DNA of 64,000 nucleotides from Candidatus Brockarchaeota archaeon (GTDB lineage Archaea; Thermoproteota; EX4484-205; JAAOZP01), in contig JAFNJB010000053.1 in NCBI GenBank assembly GCA_017601245.1, positions 16,501 to 80,500 on the forward strand. The letters are read 5' to 3'. Each line of letters begins with the position of its first letter. Within the stretch, counting starts at the first letter, position 1. Below are positions 36,567 through 45,411 of this stretch, one piece after another. The notes beneath the pieces are model-generated. The model ran no database searches, was not told the origin of the DNA, and worked only from the letters and a program-made list of their open reading frames with translations. The position numbers were made by a program, and so were the translations under genes.

Positions 36567-37151
36567 TTGGGGGATAAGGAAGAGGAGACACAGCGTCTTG
36601 CCGAATTAAAACAATATCTGTCGCAGAAGAAAGAAATGCTTGAGGAGGAGCTTGAAAAGCTAAATAGCATAATCAGCGTCATAGACGACCTTCTCGCTTC
36701 AAAGAGTTTCAAGACTGGTATTGAGGTTATGAAAAAAGCTGAGGAGAAGGTTGAGGCTGAAACAGCGTTACAAAAGCTTGAACTCGTCTATAAGGGTACT
36801 AAGGTGGGTGAGATAGAGGTTTACCAGACTTATGCCAAGGTCATACCTCTTCCGGAGCTTAAGCTTAGCACAGTCACTTCTCCTTTTGAAGCGTTTTTAG
36901 TTAGAAAGGTCTTGGAGCCGATGAGGGAGAGGGATGTTGAAAGAGCTGCTAAAAACGAGCTTAGGCCAGATCAAATGTTTTCTTACGATATAATCGAAGA
37001 AGGAGGCTTGTTAAAATACATAGTAGTAAGGAATTTCAGAGATAGGATTAGGCTTAAAGAACTTGCCAACGCCGCGTCCTGGACCTTCTTTACAATGGCT
37101 TCTAAGAGGGGGAGCGTGCAAGCGGGCTTAGATGAACCTGATCAGGGTTGA
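36567..37151 (+). CDS. hypothetical protein with an N-terminal coiled coil
   Basis: 194 aa with a heptad-rich N-terminus (LAELKQYLSQKKEMLEEELEKLNSI). No recognisable motif. Confidence 0.4.
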   Translation: MGDKEEETQRLAELKQYLSQKKEMLEEELEKLNSIISVIDDLLASKSFKTGIEVMKKAEEKVEAETALQKLELVYKGTKVGEIEVYQTYAKVIPLPELKLSTVTSPFEAFLVRKVLEPMRERDVERAAKNELRPDQMFSYDIIEEGGLLKYIVVRNFRDRIRLKELANAASWTFFTMASKRGSVQAGLDEPDQG

Positions 37152-37808
37152 GAGTATTTCCTTCAGCTCGTAGGTGTTGGAGGCAATATACTTAGCTCCG
37201 GCTTCTTTCAGCTTGTCAACACCCCATAAGTTGGAGGCTATTCCAACAGGCATTACTCCGGCTTCTTTAGCTGCTACAATATCTATTGGAGAATCTCCGA
37301 TATGAACAGTTTCATCAGGAGGAGTTCCTGTAGCCTCGCATGCTTTAAGTATCAGGTCTGGGAAAGGCTTAATCCTCTCTACATCGTCTCTTGTAAAAAC
37401 ATGTTTGAAAAATATTTTTAAATTAGTCTTTTCGAGTATTACTCTAGAGGCTCTCTTGCAATTGTTAGTGCAAACAACCATGTTAACACCGGTTTTTCTC
37501 AACCACTCGAGTAATTCTACGATTCCGTTTTTAACAATCGGCTTATCCGCAGCCTCAAGCTCTAATGGCTCAATAGCTTCATATATGCTTCTCCTTAGGT
37601 TTTTTAACTGGTCTTCGCTAAGCCCTTTTCTCCGCATGAACATTATAGCTTCTTCAAGGTTTACCGATGCTGGTTTAGATTCGGAAAGTATGCTTTTTTC
37701 AACACCTTTCTCAATAAGCTTCTCGATAATCAACCTCCTAGCCAGAGGATAATTGTAATTGAATTCTATCAGCGTCCCATCTAGGTCAAAGAGTACTAAC
37801 CTAACCAT
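37128..37808 (-). CDS. HAD-superfamily hydrolase (subfamily IA, phosphoglycolate phosphatase-like)
   Basis: Motif I LVLFDLDGTL, motif III K, and motif IV GDSPIDIVAAKEAG. 226 aa. Confidence 0.8.
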   Translation of the reverse strand: MVRLVLFDLDGTLIEFNYNYPLARRLIIEKLIEKGVEKSILSESKPASVNLEEAIMFMRRKGLSEDQLKNLRRSIYEAIEPLELEAADKPIVKNGIVELLEWLRKTGVNMVVCTNNCKRASRVILEKTNLKIFFKHVFTRDDVERIKPFPDLILKACEATGTPPDETVHIGDSPIDIVAAKEAGVMPVGIASNLWGVDKLKEAGAKYIASNTYELKEILSTLIRFI

Positions 37809-37812
37809 TTTC

Positions 37813-38058
37813 CTAGGCCTTTGCCTGTTGGACTGAGAGAACTACGCGCGTATCGGTTGTAGCAATAGACTCTACGTTCCTTATCTTCAAGACTGTTTTC
37901 ATAAGCTTTTCAACATCTAGTACGTCAACCCTTATCAACAGGTCTATGTCCCCAGTCAATTCTATAACTTCCCTAACTTCCTCGATATTCAGCAGCTTCT
38001 GCATTACCTTCTCCCTGTTGAACCCTTTTGCTATTTTTGCTGTTACGAACGCTTGCAA
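37813..38058 (-). CDS. stand-alone Lrp/AsnC RAM-domain protein (paralog 1)
   Basis: 81 aa. ELTGDIDLLIRVDVLDVEKL...IRNVESIATTDTRVVL. Confidence 0.6.
   Translation of the reverse strand: MQAFVTAKIAKGFNREKVMQKLLNIEEVREVIELTGDIDLLIRVDVLDVEKLMKTVLKIRNVESIATTDTRVVLSVQQAKA
37933..37962. repeat. 30-nt exact direct repeat (copy 1 of 2; copy 2 at 38220..38249) inside the two adjacent RAM-domain genes
   Basis: TATCAACAGGTCTATGTCCCCAGTCAATTC occurs at both positions and encodes ELTGDIDLLI on the minus strand of each gene. Confidence 0.85.
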
Positions 38059-38105
38059 TTCGTAGTATATTACGAGTATTCAGATATATGTTTTTCCTTA
38101 GGTTT

Positions 38106-38339
38106 TCACTTGGAAACACGTGATAGTACTATTCGCGTATCTGTCGATTCAACACCCTTGATCTCAAGTATTTCGTCAACAATCCTCCTTAAATCTGCTT
38201 CAGAAGAAGCAGTGACCTCTATCAACAGGTCTATGTCCCCAGTCAATTCGTAAACTCTCTTAACTCCCCTTACCTGAAGAACCTTTTCAATATTCCCCTG
38301 GAAGCTGCTTGAAACCCTTACCAGTATTATCGCCTCCAA
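38106..38339 (-). CDS. stand-alone Lrp/AsnC RAM-domain protein (paralog 2)
   Basis: 77 aa. ELTGDIDLLIEVTASSEADL...IKGVESTDTRIVL. It shares a 30-nt identical DNA block with the neighbouring paralog. Confidence 0.6.
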   Translation of the reverse strand: MEAIILVRVSSSFQGNIEKVLQVRGVKRVYELTGDIDLLIEVTASSEADLRRIVDEILEIKGVESTDTRIVLSRVSK

Positions 38340-38480
38340 ACCCTATCTTAACATAGGAAAAGTGGCTTTAGATAAGTCTTTCCAAAGATTGGCTTTCTAC
38401 CTTACTCTTCAGGCGGGTGATTCCTTTATCAGTTAAGGTTAAATACACCATTGTTAGGGGGGTTTAGGAGATGAGAAGCC

Positions 38481-38891
38481 GTGTCTGAGCAATTTGTTAA
38501 GGTTAAGGACCTTAACACCAATTCTAAACACGTCAACCTTCTCGCCAAGGTGCTCTCCCTCTCAGAGGTTAAGGAGGTGCCTGCGAGATACGGTAGTTCA
38601 ACGAACAGGGTGGCGGAAGCCAGGATAGGAGATGAGACTGGCACGATACTTCTAACGCTTTGGAATGAGAACATAGACCTGGTTAAGCCGGACGATGTTA
38701 TAATGATTAAGAACGGTTATGTAAACGTGTACCGTAGGACTATGAGGCTTAACGTCGGCAAGTATGGCTCGATAGAGAAGAGCGATGCTCAAATAAGCGA
38801 GGTTAATACTTCGAACAATATGTCAGAGAGAGAGGTTGAGGGAGGGTATATTGGGAGAAGGTCCAGCCGTGGTCCTAGGAGGAGGTTTTAG
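38481..38891 (+). CDS. ssb: single-stranded DNA-binding protein (crenarchaeal-type single OB fold with RGG-like C-terminal tail)
   Basis: IGDETGTILLTLW matches the Sulfolobus SSB core (VGDETGRVKLTLW). The C-terminal GGYIGRRSSRGPRRRF tail is present. GTG start. 136 aa. Confidence 0.8.
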   Translation: MSEQFVKVKDLNTNSKHVNLLAKVLSLSEVKEVPARYGSSTNRVAEARIGDETGTILLTLWNENIDLVKPDDVIMIKNGYVNVYRRTMRLNVGKYGSIEKSDAQISEVNTSNNMSEREVEGGYIGRRSSRGPRRRF

Positions 38892-38896
38892 GGAGA

Positions 38897-39526
38897 CTAT
38901 CCTAATTCGAGTCTTCTAACAACACCGTTTGGAGATGTTTCTTCAAAAACTATCGCTTGGAAACTGTAGATTCTCGTTTTTTTATCCTGCCAGCATCCTG
39001 GCGGTAGCCCTGCTTTTATACAAGTATAGGAGAGGAAGGTTTCTGCATCCCATTTCTCCTCTACAGCAACTTGGGGGAGCAGTAGGCCGCGATTAAAACC
39101 TCTTTCAACTATTAAACCGTCCCTGCCTATCTTAATCATGCTGGGGAGCTTCTTCCTATCGTCAACGTCTATCGGCTTAGGTGGAGTAAGAACACTTACA
39201 TCTATGACTATAGAGTCTAACTCATCCAATGTGACTGGTGGGAAACGGGGGTCTTCAACTGCTGCGGCGACTGCTGCTTCAATGAGTGCAGACGCTAATG
39301 GTTTAATCGGCTCGGGGAATCCTATACACCCTCTTAACTCCCTCTGCTCACGTCCAGCGGTTCCAACGATCTTGTTTAAAGTTACAAAGACTCCACAAGG
39401 CTCGTAGAACAGTTCTTTCAAGTCAGCTGGGGGGGTATCGATAACTCCTTCTCTCAAATACTTTTCAATAGCCCTCCTAGCCATTTTAACTAATAATTCA
39501 CCCTCTTCTAACGTCAGATTCATCAA
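38897..39526 (-). CDS. AMMECR1-domain protein
   Basis: CGVFVTL...LRGCIG is the AMMECR1 signature. 209 aa. Confidence 0.85.
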   Translation of the reverse strand: MMNLTLEEGELLVKMARRAIEKYLREGVIDTPPADLKELFYEPCGVFVTLNKIVGTAGREQRELRGCIGFPEPIKPLASALIEAAVAAAVEDPRFPPVTLDELDSIVIDVSVLTPPKPIDVDDRKKLPSMIKIGRDGLIVERGFNRGLLLPQVAVEEKWDAETFLSYTCIKAGLPPGCWQDKKTRIYSFQAIVFEETSPNGVVRRLELG

Positions 39527-39573
39527 ACATTCCTTACTAAGACTCGTTAAAAAGGCTTATGAAAAGATTGTTA

Positions 39574-40689
39574 CTAGGGCCTACCCTCAATAGAGTATTT
39601 CCTAAAGATAAATACCCTGATGAATCCGGATAGTAATAGTGTAAACCAGAGCGGTGAGTAAACAAAGTATAAGAATGCCAGGTTTCTGATTCTAAGCCTA
39701 TAACCCATCTTCTTGGCGATCACATAGTATGATAATGAAAAAGCTATGAAAGATGCTAGCAAGGCTATTAGCGTCTTGGTGAAAAGCAGTAGTATTTTGA
39801 TGAATAGTCCGTATGAAATCACTGTCGTGAAGGGTAGTAGGTTGATGAAAAATGAGGATAGCATGACTATACCAAGCCATATAATCCTGTCTTCCAAGAG
39901 CGTATTCATTAAAATCGTAATTAGAAATGGTGCTAAGGATGGGAGGACTATGAATAGGAGTAGAAGTATTAGAGACGGTTTTTCAATAACTATCTTCAAC
40001 AGGTCGCGCCAATTCTCCTTAACCCATACTGCTGCCCCAATCCCCCATCTTACGCGCTGCTTGAACCATTCTCTCCAGCTGGGTGGGGCGTAATTAACTA
40101 CATGGGGGCTTGTTATGAAGTTGAATCTCAAGCCAGCTAGATAGCTTCTTATGCCAAGGTCGAAGTCGTCGGGGATTTTATACCTGAATCCACCAATCTT
40201 CTCGTATGCTCTCCTCCATATTGCAAATGCTGCACCATTCAGCCCTAAGCACCTTCCCACCTTCTCGGCTAGAGTCAAGCTGCCGTAGTTGAAGGACATA
40301 AACTCGTAGTCTATCGTCTGTGCCAGAAGGCCTTTACCACCTACTCTTTTCATTATCTCGCCTATTTCACTACTCTTCATCGATTCCACTATCCTCGAGA
40401 GGAAGTTATTCTCTACGATGGATACATCATCGTCTAAGAATATCAAAAGGTCTCCTGAAGAATGCTCAAAGGCTTCTAGGAGTGCACTAACCCTTCCCAG
40501 CCTACCGTTACGGAAGATTGCTTTCACCGGTTCCCTTTTAAGCTCTTCAGCAATTTCAGGAAAAGGATTGTCAACAACCACCAGGATCTCCTTATCCTTA
40601 TAATCGTCTTCAACAAGCTTTTTCACAAGTTCTATCAAGTACGGCGAGCCCCTGAAAGACGGGATTATTACTGAAATGCTTACAACCAT
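39574..40689 (-). CDS. family-2 glycosyltransferase with a C-terminal multi-TM domain
   Basis: N-terminal GT-A fold (VSISVIIPSFRG..., DDDV DxD motif) and about 4 C-terminal TM helices. 371 aa. Confidence 0.8.
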   Translation of the reverse strand: MVVSISVIIPSFRGSPYLIELVKKLVEDDYKDKEILVVVDNPFPEIAEELKREPVKAIFRNGRLGRVSALLEAFEHSSGDLLIFLDDDVSIVENNFLSRIVESMKSSEIGEIMKRVGGKGLLAQTIDYEFMSFNYGSLTLAEKVGRCLGLNGAAFAIWRRAYEKIGGFRYKIPDDFDLGIRSYLAGLRFNFITSPHVVNYAPPSWREWFKQRVRWGIGAAVWVKENWRDLLKIVIEKPSLILLLLFIVLPSLAPFLITILMNTLLEDRIIWLGIVMLSSFFINLLPFTTVISYGLFIKILLLFTKTLIALLASFIAFSLSYYVIAKKMGYRLRIRNLAFLYFVYSPLWFTLLLSGFIRVFIFRKYSIEGRP

Positions 40690-40832
40690 TTCTTTTTCTC
40701 AAACTTCTATGGAATCTTTTTAAGTATTTAGTTACTTAGAAACTGGTGGAAAAATTTTCCATCTGTCGGTGAAATTTTGCATTTGCACACGTCATAAATA
40801 GTTGTTTTTATTAATTTGCGACGTGGTCGAGG

Positions 40833-42191
40833 ATGATAAGAAATTTGCTTAAAATATTATCCATTGCTGCAGTGCTTTTAATCGGAATCGTCATAAGACA
40901 ATTTTTAGAATCCCTATGGCTGGTTTTAACGGGTTCGGATTCAAATGGTCTTTCAAGCCTAGTCTCACTCATTACTATGATTTTTTCTTCAATACTGCTT
41001 CTGCCTATTAAGCAAGAGAATAAAGCGGGGATTATAGGGTTGTTCAAAGAAGTCTTAATCTTCCTATTCATCTGGATTGTAACATCATTATTTGCAGCCT
41101 TCTTACATCAACCTAAGCATGCTTCAATAGGCTTCATAGCTGCGTCTTTATACTTATTCTCTAGGCTAATCATTAATCGAAGCATCGGGCATAGGATAAT
41201 GCTTGAGCTTAAAGAATACTCCAATATACCTAGGGGCAGTACTATACTCATGTCTGTTGCACCTGTCCCAAGGGTCTTCATTACACAGGGTTTTGGGTTG
41301 AGAATTATTTTAGAAATCCTAAAGGGTAATGCTGGGATTGCTAATGTAATCAATGAAGAGGTCTTTCTAAAATCGTTCAGGGAAATTAAAGTTGTTGAGC
41401 TTCAGGGAACTCTAGCATCCTTTGTAAAGGCAGTGGCGGAGAATTGGAACCGGGAAGTAGCGATATTCTGCGAAGCAAAGCTTAAGGGAAGTCTTTTCAA
41501 AATCAGAGTTAAACTCGCTTCTGACAGTACTCGGGCTATAGAAAGTATACTTAATGGATTTTCAAAACTAGATGGTATGGAAGATTTAGAATGGGCCATT
41601 GAAAAATGGTCTCTCTTAAAACCGTGTGTTAAGCCGATTAGACTAGTTGACAAAAGTGTTTTTCTACAGCCGGAAAATGTTCCCGAGCGTCTTTTTATTG
41701 TGGGAGAGTTAGAAGAAGTTGAAAAGGTTGCATTACAGGTTTGCTTTTCCCAGTTGAGAAGCAATTCGAGAATCGTCATAATCAATGGCGAGGAGGACTC
41801 TTCTTTTGAGAATAGGGTTGGGAAAATGCTTGAGGCTAAGGGTTTCAAACCCTATGGCAATGAGATTAAAACGTTCAGAACTAGTAGGGGAGCAGAGGTA
41901 ATACTTATGAGGAAAGCTGATTTGAAAGAAAGGATTGTCAACAAGTTTTTGAGAAAGCCTATTGTTGCACTATGGTTGAGAAACTTTTCAGAAGACATTC
42001 AACTGAAAGCTCCGTTGAGGGTTTTAACGTGCAACATGCCTGAGGCTAATCCGGCTTTAGAAGCGGACGGCATATTGCTCTTAAGCCCGAGCGAGAAGAT
42101 CTTGGAGTGTTTCATACCTGAGAGATACGGGCTTTCGCTTCGAGGTAGGATGGTAATGGTCTCAGCTAAGGGGGTGAGTATATTAGCATGA
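40833..42191 (+). CDS. membrane protein: 4 N-terminal TM helices plus a ~330-aa cytoplasmic domain of unknown function
   Basis: 452 aa. TM helices at roughly residues 5-25, 41-60, 67-92 and 97-119. No recognisable catalytic motif. A 4-nt overlap with the next gene follows. Confidence 0.5.
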   Translation: MIRNLLKILSIAAVLLIGIVIRQFLESLWLVLTGSDSNGLSSLVSLITMIFSSILLLPIKQENKAGIIGLFKEVLIFLFIWIVTSLFAAFLHQPKHASIGFIAASLYLFSRLIINRSIGHRIMLELKEYSNIPRGSTILMSVAPVPRVFITQGFGLRIILEILKGNAGIANVINEEVFLKSFREIKVVELQGTLASFVKAVAENWNREVAIFCEAKLKGSLFKIRVKLASDSTRAIESILNGFSKLDGMEDLEWAIEKWSLLKPCVKPIRLVDKSVFLQPENVPERLFIVGELEEVEKVALQVCFSQLRSNSRIVIINGEEDSSFENRVGKMLEAKGFKPYGNEIKTFRTSRGAEVILMRKADLKERIVNKFLRKPIVALWLRNFSEDIQLKAPLRVLTCNMPEANPALEADGILLLSPSEKILECFIPERYGLSLRGRMVMVSAKGVSILA

Positions 42192-43423
42192 AGAGCATTC
42201 GACCAAGAGTGAATGAAGCGTTCGAACTCGTGGGCAAAGTGGGAATAGCCGGATGGAATTTCAGGAGGGTCCTCGTATTCCTTCTTTCAAAGCTTCTGAA
42301 GGATTACAAGATGATACTCCTAGACCTGAGTGATGAATTCAGTTGTATTACGAGAATAAACGGGGCAAAGTATTACAACGTCTTCGAACATAGCATAAAC
42401 CCTATCAAACCGTCTTCTCAAGAGAGAGTTGAACAATATGTAGAGTCGCTAGTGGAGATAATTGATTACTGTCTTGGAGTTTTTAACATGAAGAGCATTA
42501 TTACGAAAGCTTTTATTAACAATATTTCATCGTCTGAAACTACAATACCTGAAATAATATCCAAACTGGATTTCGAGAGTCCTGAAGGAGGATTATCGAT
42601 CTACTCTCCCTTGGAACCATTTACATTCGGCACTTTAAGAAGAGTCTTCGGGAGGCGAGAAGAATTGGACTTTAACGAAGTGTTAGATACTGGTATAGTT
42701 TTCGACCTGTCGGGCCTTCCAACAGCTTCTTCAAAAGCACTGGCAGTCTTAATAGTATTGAACAAGCTCTCGCATATGGTGCCCAAACACCCCACAGTCA
42801 TAGTTATTACCTACCCCAGTATTGTTTGGCCCAAGAATAGGAGATGCGATGCAGCCAAGCTACATGTTGAACAAGTTCTCATAGACGATTTGGAGAGGAA
42901 AGGCTTCATAATGGTTTTTGCTGAAAAGATGTTTTCAGAACTGTCTGATAAGATCGTAAAAGAGCTTGATGCCATAGTTTTCTCACCTCCCTCTGAGGCT
43001 CTAGACCCTTGGAATCCCTGGGGTTTATACACTAGGCTGGAGAATGAAGTCTTAGATTATCCAGCAGTGGTTTTAAACAGGAGGGGCGAGGTCAAACCCC
43101 TCATGTTCCCCTCAAGCATCTTGTTGAAACCCTTGAGTAAGGAGGAGCGTGAAAAGCTCAAGCCTAATCTAAGAGTCTTCAAGGAATATGATAGGTTGAA
43201 AGAAATTCTCAAGGAAGACTATGAGCTTGGGCTTAGAATAATAGACATGGTTAAGGAGTTAGGTGGCAGGGCTGTTTTAAACAGGCTGGTCGAAGAAATA
43301 AGGTCGAAAATAGGGGCCGGCGGGCTTAGGGCGCTTGCCACATTGTTGAGGCACAGTTATTTGAAACAAGTTCAAGAAGGGGGTGAGCAATACCTCGTCC
43401 TTAATGGGGGTGACGGGGGATGA
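42188..43423 (+). CDS. hypothetical protein; possible P-loop-NTPase-like fold with a degenerate Walker A (HerA/FtsK- or secretion-ATPase-like)
   Basis: 411 aa. LVGKVGIAGWNFRRVLVFLLSKLL occupies a Walker-A-like position but lacks GK[ST]. It is followed by KMILLDLSDEF (acidic box), and later IVFDLSGLP...PTVIVITYP in a Walker-B-like position without D/E. No intact GxxxxGK[ST] occurs anywhere. The fold assignment is a hypothesis. Confidence 0.45.
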   Translation: MKSIRPRVNEAFELVGKVGIAGWNFRRVLVFLLSKLLKDYKMILLDLSDEFSCITRINGAKYYNVFEHSINPIKPSSQERVEQYVESLVEIIDYCLGVFNMKSIITKAFINNISSSETTIPEIISKLDFESPEGGLSIYSPLEPFTFGTLRRVFGRREELDFNEVLDTGIVFDLSGLPTASSKALAVLIVLNKLSHMVPKHPTVIVITYPSIVWPKNRRCDAAKLHVEQVLIDDLERKGFIMVFAEKMFSELSDKIVKELDAIVFSPPSEALDPWNPWGLYTRLENEVLDYPAVVLNRRGEVKPLMFPSSILLKPLSKEEREKLKPNLRVFKEYDRLKEILKEDYELGLRIIDMVKELGGRAVLNRLVEEIRSKIGAGGLRALATLLRHSYLKQVQEGGEQYLVLNGGDGG

Positions 43424-44280
43424 GGAGGATTCTCACCGGGATAAAATCGTTAGACGAGCTTACTGGAGGATTTCCCACTGGGGTTTCAAACCTGGTTTAC
43501 GGCAGTCCTGCAACGGGGAAGACAAGTCTTTCAATGACTCTCGTAGCGGAGGCTCTTAGAAATGCGAAGGATAGAGATGTTGTCATAGCTGTCTTAACTG
43601 AAGGCTGGGACATGGACCGTTTAAAAACAATATGTGCCAAGAGGAATGTTAAACAAGATGCTTTAAACAGGGTTAAGACGTATGAAGCCAATAGCTTCGG
43701 AGAGCAACATAAGGTGATAACTGAAGTAATGCCGAGAGATATTGAAGAGAACGATTGGGTCCCAACGCTGATAATCGTAGACTCTCTCGTACCACACTAC
43801 CATGCTCAATTGCTCAACACGCCTCTTCAACACTTGGCTTCTAAAGCCAGAGAATTTCAGGGAAGACTGTCTCTAGAAATAAACACTCTGGTGAAAATCT
43901 CTTCTGGATACGATTCACTATTATTAGTAAACAGCTGGCGGCGTAGTAGTGCTGGCCGAAGCTTTCAGGAGAAATGGAGGAAGGACGTCATAAACGGTAT
44001 TAATAGTAACAATGTTCTGATAGATCCTGAAGCGGGCTTTGGCTCTAGAGAATTTGATGTCATAGGTGGGCAGCATCTAGTCTACATGAGCAAGACCGTA
44101 TTAAGAATGGTTTCGACAAGCCTTGGTGAGAACATTAAGGCTGTTATCTTAGAGAAGGCTCTTTCAAGGCCGACGATGTTCTGTTGCTTGGTGAAAATAT
44201 CTGAAGCAGGTATTGAAACTCATGAGGGTAAGCCCGCTCCTGTTAGTGAAGTGATAAGAAGAGAGGTTATTGAAGACTAA
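43420..44280 (+). CDS. RecA-superfamily ATPase, KaiC/RadB/aRadC (RadA paralog)-like
   Basis: GIKSLDELTGGFPTGVSNLVYGSPATGKTS (the RadB/KaiC-type N-terminus with Walker A) and Walker B LIIVDSL. 286 aa. 4-nt overlap upstream and 1-nt overlap downstream. Confidence 0.8.
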   Translation: MRRILTGIKSLDELTGGFPTGVSNLVYGSPATGKTSLSMTLVAEALRNAKDRDVVIAVLTEGWDMDRLKTICAKRNVKQDALNRVKTYEANSFGEQHKVITEVMPRDIEENDWVPTLIIVDSLVPHYHAQLLNTPLQHLASKAREFQGRLSLEINTLVKISSGYDSLLLVNSWRRSSAGRSFQEKWRKDVINGINSNNVLIDPEAGFGSREFDVIGGQHLVYMSKTVLRMVSTSLGENIKAVILEKALSRPTMFCCLVKISEAGIETHEGKPAPVSEVIRREVIED

Positions 44281-45377
44281 TGAAAGAAAATAATTATATA
44301 CCAGTAAAACATCGTTCATTCATGCCAAAAAGGAAGATAAGAGTCGCCTTCATAGGAATAGGAAATAGTGCCTCCACCACTATACAGGGTCTGTTCTACT
44401 ATTCCTCAGGCCGTGGGGACAGTGGCTTATGGCATCCGATAGTTGGGGGATATGGTGTTGAAGATATTGAGGTGGTTGCGGCCTTAGACGTAGACAGTAG
44501 GAAGGTCGGTAAGGACTTGTCGGAAGCTCTCTTCTCAGAGCCGAATATCGTGGAAAAACGTTGCGAAATACCGAGGACTGGAGTAATCGTTGAGAAAGGA
44601 TTGTTGGAAGACGAGCTTAACCCGTATCTCGCATCTCAACTTAAAGTATTGAAGCAGGATAAGGAAGGTGTAGTTGAATACTTGAAGAAGAGCAATGTGG
44701 ATATTGTTGTTAACACGATATCCAGTGGCTTAGACAAGTCTTCGATTGCTTATGCTAATGCAGCTTGTGAAGCAGGTGCGAGCTTCGTGAATGCCACTCC
44801 TACAAGCATTGCAACAAACCCGGATATTGTTGAAGCCTTTAAGAAAAAGGGTATTGTTGTCGTTGGCGATGACTTGATGAGTCAGCTTGGGGGTACTGCT
44901 CTCCACAGGGGGCTCGTACACTTTCTTAAATCCCGGGGCATTAAGCCAATTAGAAGTTACCAGCTTGACGTGGGTGGGGGTCTAGAAACTTTAAACACTA
45001 TGTACGAAGACCTTAGAGACTTTAAGAAGCAAGTCAAGACTTCTTCTATAGCGGAAGAAATCGACGAGGGTTGGGAAGTCGTATCCGGAACAACGGATTA
45101 CGTGGATTTCCTTGGTAACAACAGGGTTACTTACTTGCAGTTCACTGCAACGGGCTTCATGGGTAGTAGTATAATCATTAACGTTAACCTGAGGTCTAAC
45201 GATGGTATGAATGCCGGTAATGTAATAATAGACGTTGTCAGAGCGGTGATGAAGGCTAGAGAAGACGGTTTAAGCGGAAATGTCAGTGATATCTCAAACT
45301 ACGGCTTTAAGAAGACGCTTGAGAAAAAGCGTATCCATGACGCAACCATGGTCTTCGAATCGAAATACTGCAAGTAG
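44280..45377 (+). CDS. myo-inositol-1-phosphate synthase
   Basis: Rossmann region IRVAFIGIGNSASTTIQG, conserved VVGDDLMSQLGGT (GDDxKSGQT-like), and length 365 aa, typical of archaeal MIPS. The start ATG overlaps the previous TAA (taATG). Confidence 0.8.
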   Translation: MKENNYIPVKHRSFMPKRKIRVAFIGIGNSASTTIQGLFYYSSGRGDSGLWHPIVGGYGVEDIEVVAALDVDSRKVGKDLSEALFSEPNIVEKRCEIPRTGVIVEKGLLEDELNPYLASQLKVLKQDKEGVVEYLKKSNVDIVVNTISSGLDKSSIAYANAACEAGASFVNATPTSIATNPDIVEAFKKKGIVVVGDDLMSQLGGTALHRGLVHFLKSRGIKPIRSYQLDVGGGLETLNTMYEDLRDFKKQVKTSSIAEEIDEGWEVVSGTTDYVDFLGNNRVTYLQFTATGFMGSSIIINVNLRSNDGMNAGNVIIDVVRAVMKAREDGLSGNVSDISNYGFKKTLEKKRIHDATMVFESKYCK

Positions 45378-45411
45378 TATACTTAGAGCATTAGTAGACT
45401 CGTGAATTGTT

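Noticed and set aside
38053-38253. 66-aa plus-strand ORF spanning the two RAM-domain genes
   Set aside because: It is antisense to two conserved small genes and has Ser/Ile-rich low-complexity composition.
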